Assembly (NCBI GenBank): GCA_964450885.1
Contig: CAYVFE010000001.1
Coordinates: 1,278-65,277 of the forward strand
Direction of reading: 5' to 3'
Source of the DNA: an uncultured Gammaproteobacteria bacterium
GTDB lineage: Bacteria; Patescibacteriota; Microgenomatia; Levybacterales; GWA1-39-11
DNA: 64,000 nucleotides
Shown: in pieces, positions 18,705-27,706 of the stretch
Position numbering within the stretch: position 1 is the stretch's first letter
Layout of the letters: every line of letters starts with the position of its first letter
Program-made: the position numbers and the translations under genes
The notes under the pieces: generated by a model
Databases searched by the model: none
What the model saw: the letters and a program-made list of their open reading frames with translations, nothing else
What the model was told of the DNA's origin: nothing

Positions 18705-20270
18705 TCAATTTATTTGTGGCCCCAACCCTGCTTTTTCAAGCAAATCTCCCAGTAAAAGACCGTCTACCCAACCTGTTTCTCCGTTTTCCTTCATCACCAG
18801 ATACATCTTTGTCATAAGTCCGGTCTGGAGATTCATTTCCTCCTGCGAGGTATTTATTATTCTTACCCTCTCGTTATTCAAAACGACCACGAGCTCATTT
18901 TCTCCGTCTAAGGGATCCTTATTAAAATCGGGAGAACTTCTGAGTATGATGCCATTTTGAAGTGAATTTGGCTTGCTTATCGAAAAAACATCTCCTATCT
19001 CAGGTCTAAAAGGCATTCCATTATATAGATATTCCTCTCCATTAAATAGTTCGCGCATGAATTCATATTTGCGCTTTAAAAACTCGTATTCGGGACTCTG
19101 AGCCAAAAACTCAGCCTTTATCTTATCGCGGAATTCTTTGCCCCTCGTAAAGTACCATTCAAAGACTGTCGCATAGTCCTCTTTATTATTTGTGTTTCCG
19201 TACTCTTCGGTAAATTGAGAAAGCCCTGTCACCATTCCTCTTGCTGTAATCGCATCTTCGACTCCTGTAATCTTAAAGTCATAAGCTCCCTGACTAAAAG
19301 CCTCATTCTCATCTGCTTGATTGTGCCCCACTTCGTGAACCGACGTGCCGCTTCCTTCATCGCCTGTTATCAGAATTCTATTTTGGGAGGATATGTATTT
19401 TCCTATCGCGGTGTCGTGCCCAAATTGCTGCACATAATCAATCTCCTCAGGCATTACGTATCCTAGCGAGTCCATCTTTTGGAGAATTCTTGAGAGATTG
19501 AGCATCCCCTCGGATTGCAGGAAGGCAAAAGCATCTTCTTTAACTTCGATATCAAGATCTCGATTATTCGCAAGCCACAAAATGTCATCCGTCCTTTCTC
19601 CTTTATCGGCTGGCTTTTCCTTAAAGTCCTTCAGTTCGTATTGGATAATCTGATCCAAAATAACAAGATCTGTTGTATTTCCTAAGCTAAAAGGTCTACT
19701 TTCCGGAATTTCAACCAATCCCTGTTGCGCATTTATCCTGATATCAGCTCTACCCAGATAGCTTTGTAGGATGTTTATCCCGAATATTACGCTCTCGTAT
19801 CTCTCTTGCTTGACTTGAGATATCGCATCCAAAGACCCGTCTGTAAATAATTCATACCGTGCAAAATTGATAAAACCATCACGCTGCTGCGTATATGAAT
19901 CCAGAACCCTGTCTCTAGTCTCTACGTCGGTCAAACCATCCTTACTCCTGTCCTGATGGAACTCAGCCACCCTATCGAGCTCACTTCCGTTTTCTATTGG
20001 TACTATCGGGAATGATCCGACGATTTCCGAATCTAAAATCTCACTAATATCAGGCAAATTTATGATGCTGTTTTCGTCTGGTGTTTCGGGACGAACCGAA
20101 TCAGATGCCACAAGTCCGGTCACAATAAGTCCTAATGATAATCCTGCAACCCTATCCCTCCATGTAGTTTTCGACCTTCCAACATGGACAACGGAATATT
20201 CACGATTGCCTCTTTTTATCGATCCTACCTCTACACTATCTTCGCCAATTACATTCTCTCCTTCTTTCAT
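18705..20270 (-). CDS. Membrane-anchored HEXXH (zincin-like) putative metallopeptidase; hypothetical
   Basis: N-terminal TM anchor 'GLSLGLIVTGLVA'. 'SVHEVGHNQADENE' HEXXH plus a downstream Glu. 521 aa. No family recognised. Confidence 0.5.
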   Translation of the reverse strand: MKEGENVIGEDSVEVGSIKRGNREYSVVHVGRSKTTWRDRVAGLSLGLIVTGLVASDSVRPETPDENSIINLPDISEILDSEIVGSFPIVPIENGSELDRVAEFHQDRSKDGLTDVETRDRVLDSYTQQRDGFINFARYELFTDGSLDAISQVKQERYESVIFGINILQSYLGRADIRINAQQGLVEIPESRPFSLGNTTDLVILDQIIQYELKDFKEKPADKGERTDDILWLANNRDLDIEVKEDAFAFLQSEGMLNLSRILQKMDSLGYVMPEEIDYVQQFGHDTAIGKYISSQNRILITGDEGSGTSVHEVGHNQADENEAFSQGAYDFKITGVEDAITARGMVTGLSQFTEEYGNTNNKEDYATVFEWYFTRGKEFRDKIKAEFLAQSPEYEFLKRKYEFMRELFNGEEYLYNGMPFRPEIGDVFSISKPNSLQNGIILRSSPDFNKDPLDGENELVVVLNNERVRIINTSQEEMNLQTGLMTKMYLVMKENGETGWVDGLLLGDLLEKAGLGPQIN

Positions 20271-20357
20271 GATTTAGTTGCAATATTATAATCTAGAGGA
20301 TGAAAATAACAAAGGTCAATTTGTACTTTCACTATTTATTTTCGTATAATAATCAAT

Positions 20358-20639
20358 ATGACAAGCAAAGCGAAAGAGAAGAAGAAACTTCATATAGAAA
20401 TTGTGCGACAGATGCTAACTCTGGCAACGGCCGGATTCGGGCTCGTCGCAGCTCTCGCCTGGAATAGTCTTATACAAGCCTTTGTAGCAGATTACATCCA
20501 GAAATGGCTCCCTGAAGGTGGACAACTCACCTCTCTTGCGATATACGCCATCGTCGTAACAGTTCTTGCAGTAATGGTCACGCTCCAGCTTTCAAAGCTT
20601 TTAGGAAGACTCGAGAAAGAAAAAGACGACACGAAATAA
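20358..20639 (+). CDS. Small two-TM membrane protein (hypothetical)
   Basis: 93 aa. Two hydrophobic helices flanked by Lys-rich ends. Confidence 0.4.
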   Translation: MTSKAKEKKKLHIEIVRQMLTLATAGFGLVAALAWNSLIQAFVADYIQKWLPEGGQLTSLAIYAIVVTVLAVMVTLQLSKLLGRLEKEKDDTK

Positions 20640-20677
20640 ACCCGCGCCCTATTGCTCCCTGCTTTATAATGTGAGAG

Positions 20678-21721
20678 ATGAAAATACTATCGCTTTCACT
20701 AAATACTTTCCGTAACCACAAGAAACGTAAATTCTCTTTCGCACAGGTTACTATTTTTATAGGGAAAAACACCAGCGGAAAAACCTCTATTCTTGAGGCT
20801 ATAACCTTTCTTTCCCACGGAAAGAGCTTCAAGGCAGAAAAGGATTTTGATGTCATATCGGAAGGCTCTGATTTTTCCAGAATCGAAGGCGAAATTAGAG
20901 AAGAACAAGACAGTAAAAAACTTGCTGTTATAGTAGCGCTTCTCAATGAAAGAGCATCTAAAAAATATCTCGTGAATAATGTTTCACGTCGCCAAAATGA
21001 CTTCATCTCTAACCTTCTGACTGTACTTTTCACGCCAGAGGACCTGGAGATAATAAATGACTCACCATCTGTGAGACGGGGTTACCTAAATTCTGTCCTA
21101 GTTCAATCCGAAAGAGAATACAGATTGGCACTTAATATTTACGAAAAGGCTCTCAAACGCCGGAACCGCATGCTCTATCTCACTCGCGAAGGTAAAAAGT
21201 TTTTTACAAGTGATGAATTCGAATACTGGGACAATCTAGTTATAGAAAATGGACAGACAGTAACTCGCTTTCGGCAGGAGTTTATCGATTATGTAAATAA
21301 CTCAAAAAAAGAGATATTTGAACTTAGCATAAGATATGACAAAAGCACTATCTCAAGAGCGAGACTCGATCAGTACAAAGAGGCAGAAATGGCTTCTGCC
21401 AAGACTCTGGTCGGACCTCAAAGAGATGAAATAATCTTTGAAAATATAGACGGAAAGTCTATCAAAGAGTTTGGCTCGCGAGGCGAACAACGCCTCACAG
21501 TATTTCAGACAAAACTGATAGAAACTCTCTTCATAATAGAAAAAACGAATCAGACTCCAGTGCTGCTTCTTGATGACATCTTCTCGGAGCTTGATGAAGG
21601 AAATATTGTAAAAGTATTAGACCTACTCCCCCACCATCAAGTAATTATCACAACCACCCATGAAGAATTCATCCCTAAACGATTTGAGAATAAAGAAGGA
21701 GTTAGTATTATTGAATTATAA
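20678..21721 (+). CDS. recF: DNA replication and repair protein RecF
   Basis: Walker A 'GKNTSGKTSILEA' and the ABC-type signature region. 347 aa. Confidence 0.85.
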   Translation: MKILSLSLNTFRNHKKRKFSFAQVTIFIGKNTSGKTSILEAITFLSHGKSFKAEKDFDVISEGSDFSRIEGEIREEQDSKKLAVIVALLNERASKKYLVNNVSRRQNDFISNLLTVLFTPEDLEIINDSPSVRRGYLNSVLVQSEREYRLALNIYEKALKRRNRMLYLTREGKKFFTSDEFEYWDNLVIENGQTVTRFRQEFIDYVNNSKKEIFELSIRYDKSTISRARLDQYKEAEMASAKTLVGPQRDEIIFENIDGKSIKEFGSRGEQRLTVFQTKLIETLFIIEKTNQTPVLLLDDIFSELDEGNIVKVLDLLPHHQVIITTTHEEFIPKRFENKEGVSIIEL

Positions 21722-22538
21722 GCTCCTTCATAACCGTTGGTATTTCGTCCGCGAGATCTGAGGCATTGAAATAATATCCTACTCGTTCAAACAAGCTCTC
21801 TCCTGCCTTTTTATTTATATAAGAACTTGCGGTTGCCGATAGAACCGCATCATTTTTCGTATACAAGGCTGCTACTAGCCCGGCCAGCACGTCACCTGTC
21901 CCACCTTTTGTCATACCGGAATTTCCACCCTCGATTCTAACTGCATCCTCTGGAGAACAAACAATATCCTCTTCTCCTTTTAAAAGGATTACGCAATGGT
22001 ACTCCTTTGCCATCTCGCGCGCTGCTTCGGCTGATGCGTCGATTCCAAAAAGTGTCTTGAATTCTTTTATGTGTGGGGTCAGTATGGGCATAGTTTTTAG
22101 CTCCAGTAAGACCTCAGGGGAAATCGTCTGGAGTCCTCCGCCATCTATAACCCATTTTTTCGCTGGATATTTTTTAAGTAGCTTCTCGGTTAGATGCTTT
22201 GTGTCGTCATCACCCGTTTCAAGGCCATCCTCTCGAGGAAGGCCTGGACCGATGAGCACCACATCTGCCTCATTTATATAATCCTCTATTTTATCTCTTG
22301 GAACAATTATCCCATTCCTGAATTCCTCTTTTGCCTTCTGGACTATTTCGTTGTTCTCAGTAACAGACGAATAAAACGTCATGTCAACGATCCTACTTAT
22401 AATAGTTAGAGACCAAAGGGATGCTGCGTGAAAGAGCTTTGACCCTCCGATGAGCATGACAGAACCGTTTTGAGGCTTGTGGGCATCTTTAGGAGGGGTG
22501 TACAAATTTTTTAGGGTTTCAGGGTCAAATGACCTCAT
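21708..22538 (-). CDS. nnrD: ADP-dependent NAD(P)H-hydrate dehydratase (YjeF C-terminal domain family)
   Basis: 'VLIGPGL', 'DGGGL' and 'GGTGDVLAGLVAAL' motifs of the carbohydrate-kinase-like YjeF_C family. Confidence 0.75.
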   Translation of the reverse strand: MRSFDPETLKNLYTPPKDAHKPQNGSVMLIGGSKLFHAASLWSLTIISRIVDMTFYSSVTENNEIVQKAKEEFRNGIIVPRDKIEDYINEADVVLIGPGLPREDGLETGDDDTKHLTEKLLKKYPAKKWVIDGGGLQTISPEVLLELKTMPILTPHIKEFKTLFGIDASAEAAREMAKEYHCVILLKGEEDIVCSPEDAVRIEGGNSGMTKGGTGDVLAGLVAALYTKNDAVLSATASSYINKKAGESLFERVGYYFNASDLADEIPTVMKELIIQ

Positions 22539-22541
22539 ATA

Positions 22542-23255
22542 TTATTTGTCTGGCGCGATAACCGTACCGACAAATTTTTCTCCATCGATACATTTTCTCA
22601 GGTTGGCAATATTCGTTCCTTCTAAGATTATAACCTTCAATCCGAGCTCCTGAGCTCTTTTTGCCGCTATCGGATCGAATGGGACATTTAGCCCTGGTGC
22701 CCATGTGTCCCCCACGATTTTTCTAAAATCTGACCAGGTAGTATTTTTTATGGGTTTTGCATCCTTGAACTCTTTCGGGTCCTTATCATAGACCATCTTT
22801 ATATTGCTCATGTTGATGACCTCATCTACACGATAGTCCTCAGCCATGAGAGTCGCACAAAAATCCGTAGACCACCCCGGCTTCCATCCGCTTCCCACAA
22901 CAACGGGTTCTGTTACCTTACGTATGATTTCGTAGTGCTTTAGTACATATTGATGCGCAATATCCCGAAAAATAGTTCTTATGAGGTGCGCATTCATCTT
23001 GGTCGCATGAATTCCCAACCAGTCTAAATCGTCAGGAGATAGCTCGTGACCCACAACGCTTCTACCGGAATCCCTATAATGTCTTGCTATTACTCCACCC
23101 CCTACGACAATAAAAAACTGGCGATTTGGGTTCTTCGCCAGTTCCTCTCTGATGAATTTATTGAAACGTTTAAGAAAATCTACATCTACACCGCCGTTGG
23201 GATAAACCAGCGACCCTCCTAATGACATTACTATTTTATCTTTTGTATCACCCAT
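22542..23255 (-). CDS. pyrH: Amino-acid-kinase-fold protein; archaeal-type UMP kinase candidate
   Basis: 'MSLGGSLV' N-terminus, 'VVGGG' and 'WSTDFCATLMAEDYRVD' (xSTDxxAALxAE block). 237 aa. Confidence 0.55.
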   Translation of the reverse strand: MGDTKDKIVMSLGGSLVYPNGGVDVDFLKRFNKFIREELAKNPNRQFFIVVGGGVIARHYRDSGRSVVGHELSPDDLDWLGIHATKMNAHLIRTIFRDIAHQYVLKHYEIIRKVTEPVVVGSGWKPGWSTDFCATLMAEDYRVDEVINMSNIKMVYDKDPKEFKDAKPIKNTTWSDFRKIVGDTWAPGLNVPFDPIAAKRAQELGLKVIILEGTNIANLRKCIDGEKFVGTVIAPDK

Positions 23256-23271
23256 AACTTATCCCTAAAAT

Positions 23272-23294
23272 AAACAGGCTATTTCAGCCTGTTT
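23272..23294. promoter_or_regulatory. 9-bp perfect hairpin/palindrome (aaacaggct-atttc-agcctgttt) in the divergent intergenic region between pyrH-like and the DsbA-like gene. A TTGACA -35-like box lies downstream at 23405-23410.
   Basis: Read directly. Position is consistent with an operator or bidirectional element. Confidence 0.3.
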
Positions 23295-23430
23295 GTGGAT
23301 TTTTAAAATTTAGCACAAATAATTGTAAAGGCAAAAATCATTTTCACTGGGTATATTATACAAAATAAGCTTTAAGTTACAACCCAGCGTCAAAAATCCC
23401 TGCTTGACATTTATTCCCCTATTTGGTTTT

Positions 23431-24201
23431 ATGTATTATATGGCAAAATCATCCGATTCAAACATTTCCTCAGTTTTCGCGAAGCCCTTTCAGCAGCTTA
23501 TGGTCCGATTTATGTATATAGCACTTTTGGTCGCATTCCTCGTAATAGGATATCTTTTCGGTCAACTTCAGGCAGCAAATGGCGGAGGCGGTGCACTTCT
23601 AGGCAATAATCAACCAGCAGCTCCTGATGCTGGTGCAGTCGCACCTCCAGGCTCTGGAGAACCGATTGTTGCTGATGTAGAAATCGGACACCTACCTGTA
23701 AAAGGTGATGAGAATGCACCTGTCACGATTGTTGAGTTTTCTGATTTTGAATGTCCTTTCTGCGGCCAATTCTATAGCAATACATTGAGTCAACTCGTTG
23801 AAGAATATGTCGATACGGGCAAAGCAAAGATCTATTATAGACATCTTCCACTAGACTTCCATCCACAGGCTCGTCCTGCAGCGCTTGCGTCAGAATGCGC
23901 TAATGAGCAAGACTCATTCTGGGAATATCACGATGTTCTATTTGATAACAACGCTACACTGGGAACAGCAACTACTGATAAGTATGTCGAGTGGGCAACT
24001 GGATTAGGACTAAATGAGGGACAGTTCAGAACCTGTCTTGAGAGCGAAAAATATGCTGAGAATGTTGACGGCGATAGCGCTGATGCAGCTGCAGCACAGG
24101 CAAATGGCACTCCAACATTCTATATAAACGGACAGCAATTAGTCGGAGCGCAGCCATTTGCCTCATTCCAAGCCATAATCGATGCTGAGCTTGAAAGCTA
24201 G
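23431..24201 (+). CDS. DsbA-family thiol:disulfide oxidoreductase (membrane-anchored, BdbD-like)
   Basis: TM anchor, Gly-rich linker, then 'EFSDFECPFCGQFY' CxxC thioredoxin-fold motif and a DsbA-like C-terminus. Start could be 23404 (TTG), 23431 or 23440. Confidence 0.8.
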   Translation: MYYMAKSSDSNISSVFAKPFQQLMVRFMYIALLVAFLVIGYLFGQLQAANGGGGALLGNNQPAAPDAGAVAPPGSGEPIVADVEIGHLPVKGDENAPVTIVEFSDFECPFCGQFYSNTLSQLVEEYVDTGKAKIYYRHLPLDFHPQARPAALASECANEQDSFWEYHDVLFDNNATLGTATTDKYVEWATGLGLNEGQFRTCLESEKYAENVDGDSADAAAAQANGTPTFYINGQQLVGAQPFASFQAIIDAELES

Positions 24202-24241
24202 CCTCCTCTCTTTTTTCCCAAAAAGACTATATAATTAAAGT

Positions 24242-24769
24242 ATGAATTTTCGCATTGCTGCTGCAATCCTAAAACAAGAATTGCTTACTGTCAGATCGAT
24301 AATTCTCATACTGGCTCTCACCACCCTCTTTGTGTCTTTTTCTGCAGTTATTGTAAACCTCCCCTCCTTCATTTCATTTTTCTTCAATGACTATCTTTTT
24401 TTTACAAAGGCAAATGTTTTATGGTTGATTTTTATTGGTAGCTTCTCGGCTATATCTAGTATCGACATAGTGCTGGTTACAATCATGGGAGTCTTATTCG
24501 GAATCAATATGACTCTTCTTATCAATAAATATAATGCTTTAAAAAGGAGAGGAAATCTCAGGATTATGTTCGGAACCGGACTTATCTCAGTGTTTGCAGT
24601 GGGGTGTGCATCATGCGGGCTTTCGTTCGCATCCCTTATCGGCATCTCTGCAGTTATAGCAATTCTTCCATTTGGAGGTATCGAGCTTTATATTTTGGCG
24701 ATACTTATTCTTTTAATTTCACTTTTTTACAACCTAAAACAGCTCATTAAGGTATGTAAGATAGACTAA
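24242..24769 (+). CDS. Polytopic membrane protein with intramembrane 'CASC' motif; candidate DsbA redox partner (DsbB/VKOR-analogous)
   Basis: 175 aa, 4-5 TM. 'VGCASCGLSFASLIG' lies at the start of a helix. Sits immediately downstream of the DsbA-like gene. Confidence 0.45.
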   Translation: MNFRIAAAILKQELLTVRSIILILALTTLFVSFSAVIVNLPSFISFFFNDYLFFTKANVLWLIFIGSFSAISSIDIVLVTIMGVLFGINMTLLINKYNALKRRGNLRIMFGTGLISVFAVGCASCGLSFASLIGISAVIAILPFGGIELYILAILILLISLFYNLKQLIKVCKID

Positions 24770-24774
24770 ATCTA

Positions 24775-25638
24775 TTACTTTTGGCAATTTGGGCAGTAGA
24801 ATGTTCCGCGACCACCTAATTTTATGAATTCGATTTTAGTCTTACAATTTGGACATTCCCTTCCCTTCTTTCCATATACTAGACTGTATCTTTGGTAGCT
24901 TCCCTCGTTCCCGAGCACATTTACGTAGGATAGTTCTGAGGCGCCACCCTTTTCAAGACTTAATTTCATAACATCTATTACCGCTTCATAGAGATTTTTC
25001 ATTTCATCGTCAGTTAGACTCTTTGCGCTTCTGCCAGGATCAATATTTGCCTTAAATAACGCGTCATTTGCATAAATATTGCCTATCCCCCCGATCCTGC
25101 TTTGATCCATAATAAGAGGCTTTATTTTCGTATTCTTACCACTTATGATTTCTCTAAACATCTCTAGGGTCAGCTCTTTCTCGTGCGAACCTTTTGAAAT
25201 CGGTGGCTCGGGCCCGACAGTTTTGAAAAAGGGCAAATCCATAACATCTTTCGTTCTGACAACTTTTATCCATCCAAAACGTCGTTGGTCATTATAATAA
25301 AGCTTTGCGCCATGATCGAGCTCAAATATTACATGGGTAAAGTTGTTTGGAATGCTGCCTACCTTCGTCTTGGAGATTTCTATATCCTCCGTTTCTTTCC
25401 CGCGATAGATAAGTTGCCCTGTCATCTTTATGTGGATTGCCAGGGAATAGTCGTTGGACAAATTTAGAATAAGGCCTTTCCCCAGACGCCTTACGCCTGT
25501 AATTCTTGCACCGATCACATTCTTCCTTTCTCCAGTAAAGATCCTGGGCGCTTTCACTTCGATATCCAGGATTTTGTGGCCGACGACATATTTATCCAGC
25601 CCGCGGCGGATTGTTTCGACCTCCGGCAACTCAGGCAT
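24775..25638 (-). CDS. mutM: Formamidopyrimidine-DNA glycosylase
   Basis: 'MPELPEVE' catalytic N-terminus; C-terminal Zn finger 'CPNCKTKI...YCPNCQ'. Confidence 0.9.
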   Translation of the reverse strand: MPELPEVETIRRGLDKYVVGHKILDIEVKAPRIFTGERKNVIGARITGVRRLGKGLILNLSNDYSLAIHIKMTGQLIYRGKETEDIEISKTKVGSIPNNFTHVIFELDHGAKLYYNDQRRFGWIKVVRTKDVMDLPFFKTVGPEPPISKGSHEKELTLEMFREIISGKNTKIKPLIMDQSRIGGIGNIYANDALFKANIDPGRSAKSLTDDEMKNLYEAVIDVMKLSLEKGGASELSYVNVLGNEGSYQRYSLVYGKKGRECPNCKTKIEFIKLGGRGTFYCPNCQK

Positions 25639-26719
25639 TTACTACCTCCTTAAATCCCAGACCAAATTCTTTTGCGGAGAACTTCTCAGCCTGGCTGCGG
25701 CATATCTTGGGGTCAAATTTCATAGTACCAAACTTTTTTATAGCCTTGTTCAGATTTTCAGGTGTATTTTTACCATAAAATAATCCTGTCTTTCCCTCTA
25801 CTATGGTCTCTTTTACTCCGCCGCTTTCGTACGCTATAACCGGTGTTCCCGCGCCCATACTCTCGACTGGAGTTATCCCGAAATCTTCGTCATAAGACGC
25901 GAATATAAAAGCTTTTGCTTTTCTCATAAGCTCGAATTTGTTGTCATCATCCACTTCCCCAACAAACTCGATGTTATCCTTTGCCATCTCTCGCAGTTCC
26001 TGCTCAAATCCTGCAAATCCTTTCCCGAATATCTTCAAATGCTTGCCGTTTTTATTGAACGCTTTTATGATGACATCCGTCCCTTTTGCCCGTGCCATAC
26101 GCCCTCCCGTGAGGTAATATTCCTCCTTGCGGCTAACTTTCGGACTCGGGATATTTACCGGAGGGTAAATAACTACTGCATCTCTGCGATAGAACTTCTC
26201 TATGCGCCCACGCACCTCCTGAGAATTTGCGATGAATTGATCGACGTTCTGGGAAGATCTAAAATCAACCATCCTAAGAAAATGATTTGCGATCATAGCA
26301 AGGGAGTAGACAAGCTTGTTCTTGGTCAAATCACGCGCAGTCTTGTAGCCATAAAGGTATCTAGGAGGGGTATGAGTGTAGGAGACCAACTTTGCGCCTT
26401 TTTTATTCAAGCTATTGGGGAAATACGCGCCCGTCTGGCTAACTATTATCAGATCGAAGCCTGCAAAATCAAAGCTTTTGAAGGCAAAATTCGAGATCAG
26501 ACGCATAGGAGAGATTAGCTTTGCCTTAAATGGAACATATTGAAGAAATGATGTATGGATATCGTACTTTTCAAATCGCCTGCGGTGTGGGCCTAAATAC
26601 TTGGGCAGAAAAACGGTCGTATAAATTTCTGCTTTAGGAAATATTTTAACAAGCTCCTCAAGCACCCTCTCTGCTCCACCGTATTCTTTGATATAGTCAT
26701 GGACTATGGCTATTTTCAT
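25631..26719 (-). CDS. GT-B glycosyltransferase (GT4/family 1)
   Basis: 'EDFGITPVESMGAGTPVIAYESGG' EX7E-type motif region. Confidence 0.8.
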   Translation of the reverse strand: MKIAIVHDYIKEYGGAERVLEELVKIFPKAEIYTTVFLPKYLGPHRRRFEKYDIHTSFLQYVPFKAKLISPMRLISNFAFKSFDFAGFDLIIVSQTGAYFPNSLNKKGAKLVSYTHTPPRYLYGYKTARDLTKNKLVYSLAMIANHFLRMVDFRSSQNVDQFIANSQEVRGRIEKFYRRDAVVIYPPVNIPSPKVSRKEEYYLTGGRMARAKGTDVIIKAFNKNGKHLKIFGKGFAGFEQELREMAKDNIEFVGEVDDDNKFELMRKAKAFIFASYDEDFGITPVESMGAGTPVIAYESGGVKETIVEGKTGLFYGKNTPENLNKAIKKFGTMKFDPKICRSQAEKFSAKEFGLGFKEVVNA

Positions 26720-27660
26720 ATCAGCTTCATCTGCTCTGCTTTCTTCTGCTGTTTTGTCTTCTCGATTCTCCCAAAAACTTCATCAACGCGTTTGGGAAGA
26801 GTTTTAAAGTCATATTTCTCGAATGCTTTTTTTAACCCATCTATGTCAATTTTTTTAAAATCCATGTCGGAAAAATCATGGGAAAATGGAACATCTGTGA
26901 GGATTTTGGCAAGGGTCTTGGCCAAAACAGCTGCTTCTGCACCATTTGTTAACTTATCCGCAAGACCTTTTTTCTTTGAAGCGATATCACCAAGATTTTT
27001 ATAGATTTCCTCGATAGTTCCATATTCATTTATAAGTGTTGAGGCTGTCTTGGGACCAACTCCAGCCACTCCGGGATAGTTATCACTGCTGTCCCCCATA
27101 AGCCCCTTCAAATCCACGAACTGCGATGGAGAAATACCGTATTTTTCCCGCACTTTATCCGCATCAAATATCATAACCTCCGAAATACCCTTTACTGGGG
27201 CTATAATTTTTACTTTATTGTTAATAAGCTGGAGCATATCGCGATCTCCAGTCACAATATACGCCACTCCGCCTAGATCCTTTGCTTCATAAGCGAGGGT
27301 TCCTATTATGTCATCAGCCTCATAACCGTCAACCGCATAGCTGCAAATCTTTGCTTTTTGGAGAATCTCGATTATGATCTCGAATTGAGATGATAGTTCT
27401 GACTCCATCTTCGGCCTTTGAGCCTGATATCCTGCGTACATCTGTTGGCGAAAAGTAGGCTTGGGTCTGTCAAATGCTATCGCGATATGCGCGGGACGAA
27501 GATTTTCGATCATCTTAAAGGTCATCGCGAAAAAACCATGGACTGCGCCGGTTTGATTTCCTTTACTGGAGCTAAAATGAGGCAACGCGTGATACGCGCG
27601 GTGGACTATGGCTGACCCGTCAACGAGCATAAAGATGTCTTTATTTAGGTCTTCTTGCAT
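26716..27660 (-). CDS. Standalone 5'-3' exonuclease (Pol I N-terminal/FEN-like domain)
   Basis: 'LVDGSAIVHRAYHA' N-terminus, acidic metal-binding clusters, HhH 'GVAGVGPKTA'. 314 aa with no polymerase domain. Confidence 0.8.
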   Translation of the reverse strand: MQEDLNKDIFMLVDGSAIVHRAYHALPHFSSSKGNQTGAVHGFFAMTFKMIENLRPAHIAIAFDRPKPTFRQQMYAGYQAQRPKMESELSSQFEIIIEILQKAKICSYAVDGYEADDIIGTLAYEAKDLGGVAYIVTGDRDMLQLINNKVKIIAPVKGISEVMIFDADKVREKYGISPSQFVDLKGLMGDSSDNYPGVAGVGPKTASTLINEYGTIEEIYKNLGDIASKKKGLADKLTNGAEAAVLAKTLAKILTDVPFSHDFSDMDFKKIDIDGLKKAFEKYDFKTLPKRVDEVFGRIEKTKQQKKAEQMKLI

Positions 27661-27706
27661 TTAGCTATTATACATCAGTTAACTTTCTGTATCGCTGATA
27701 CTGAGG

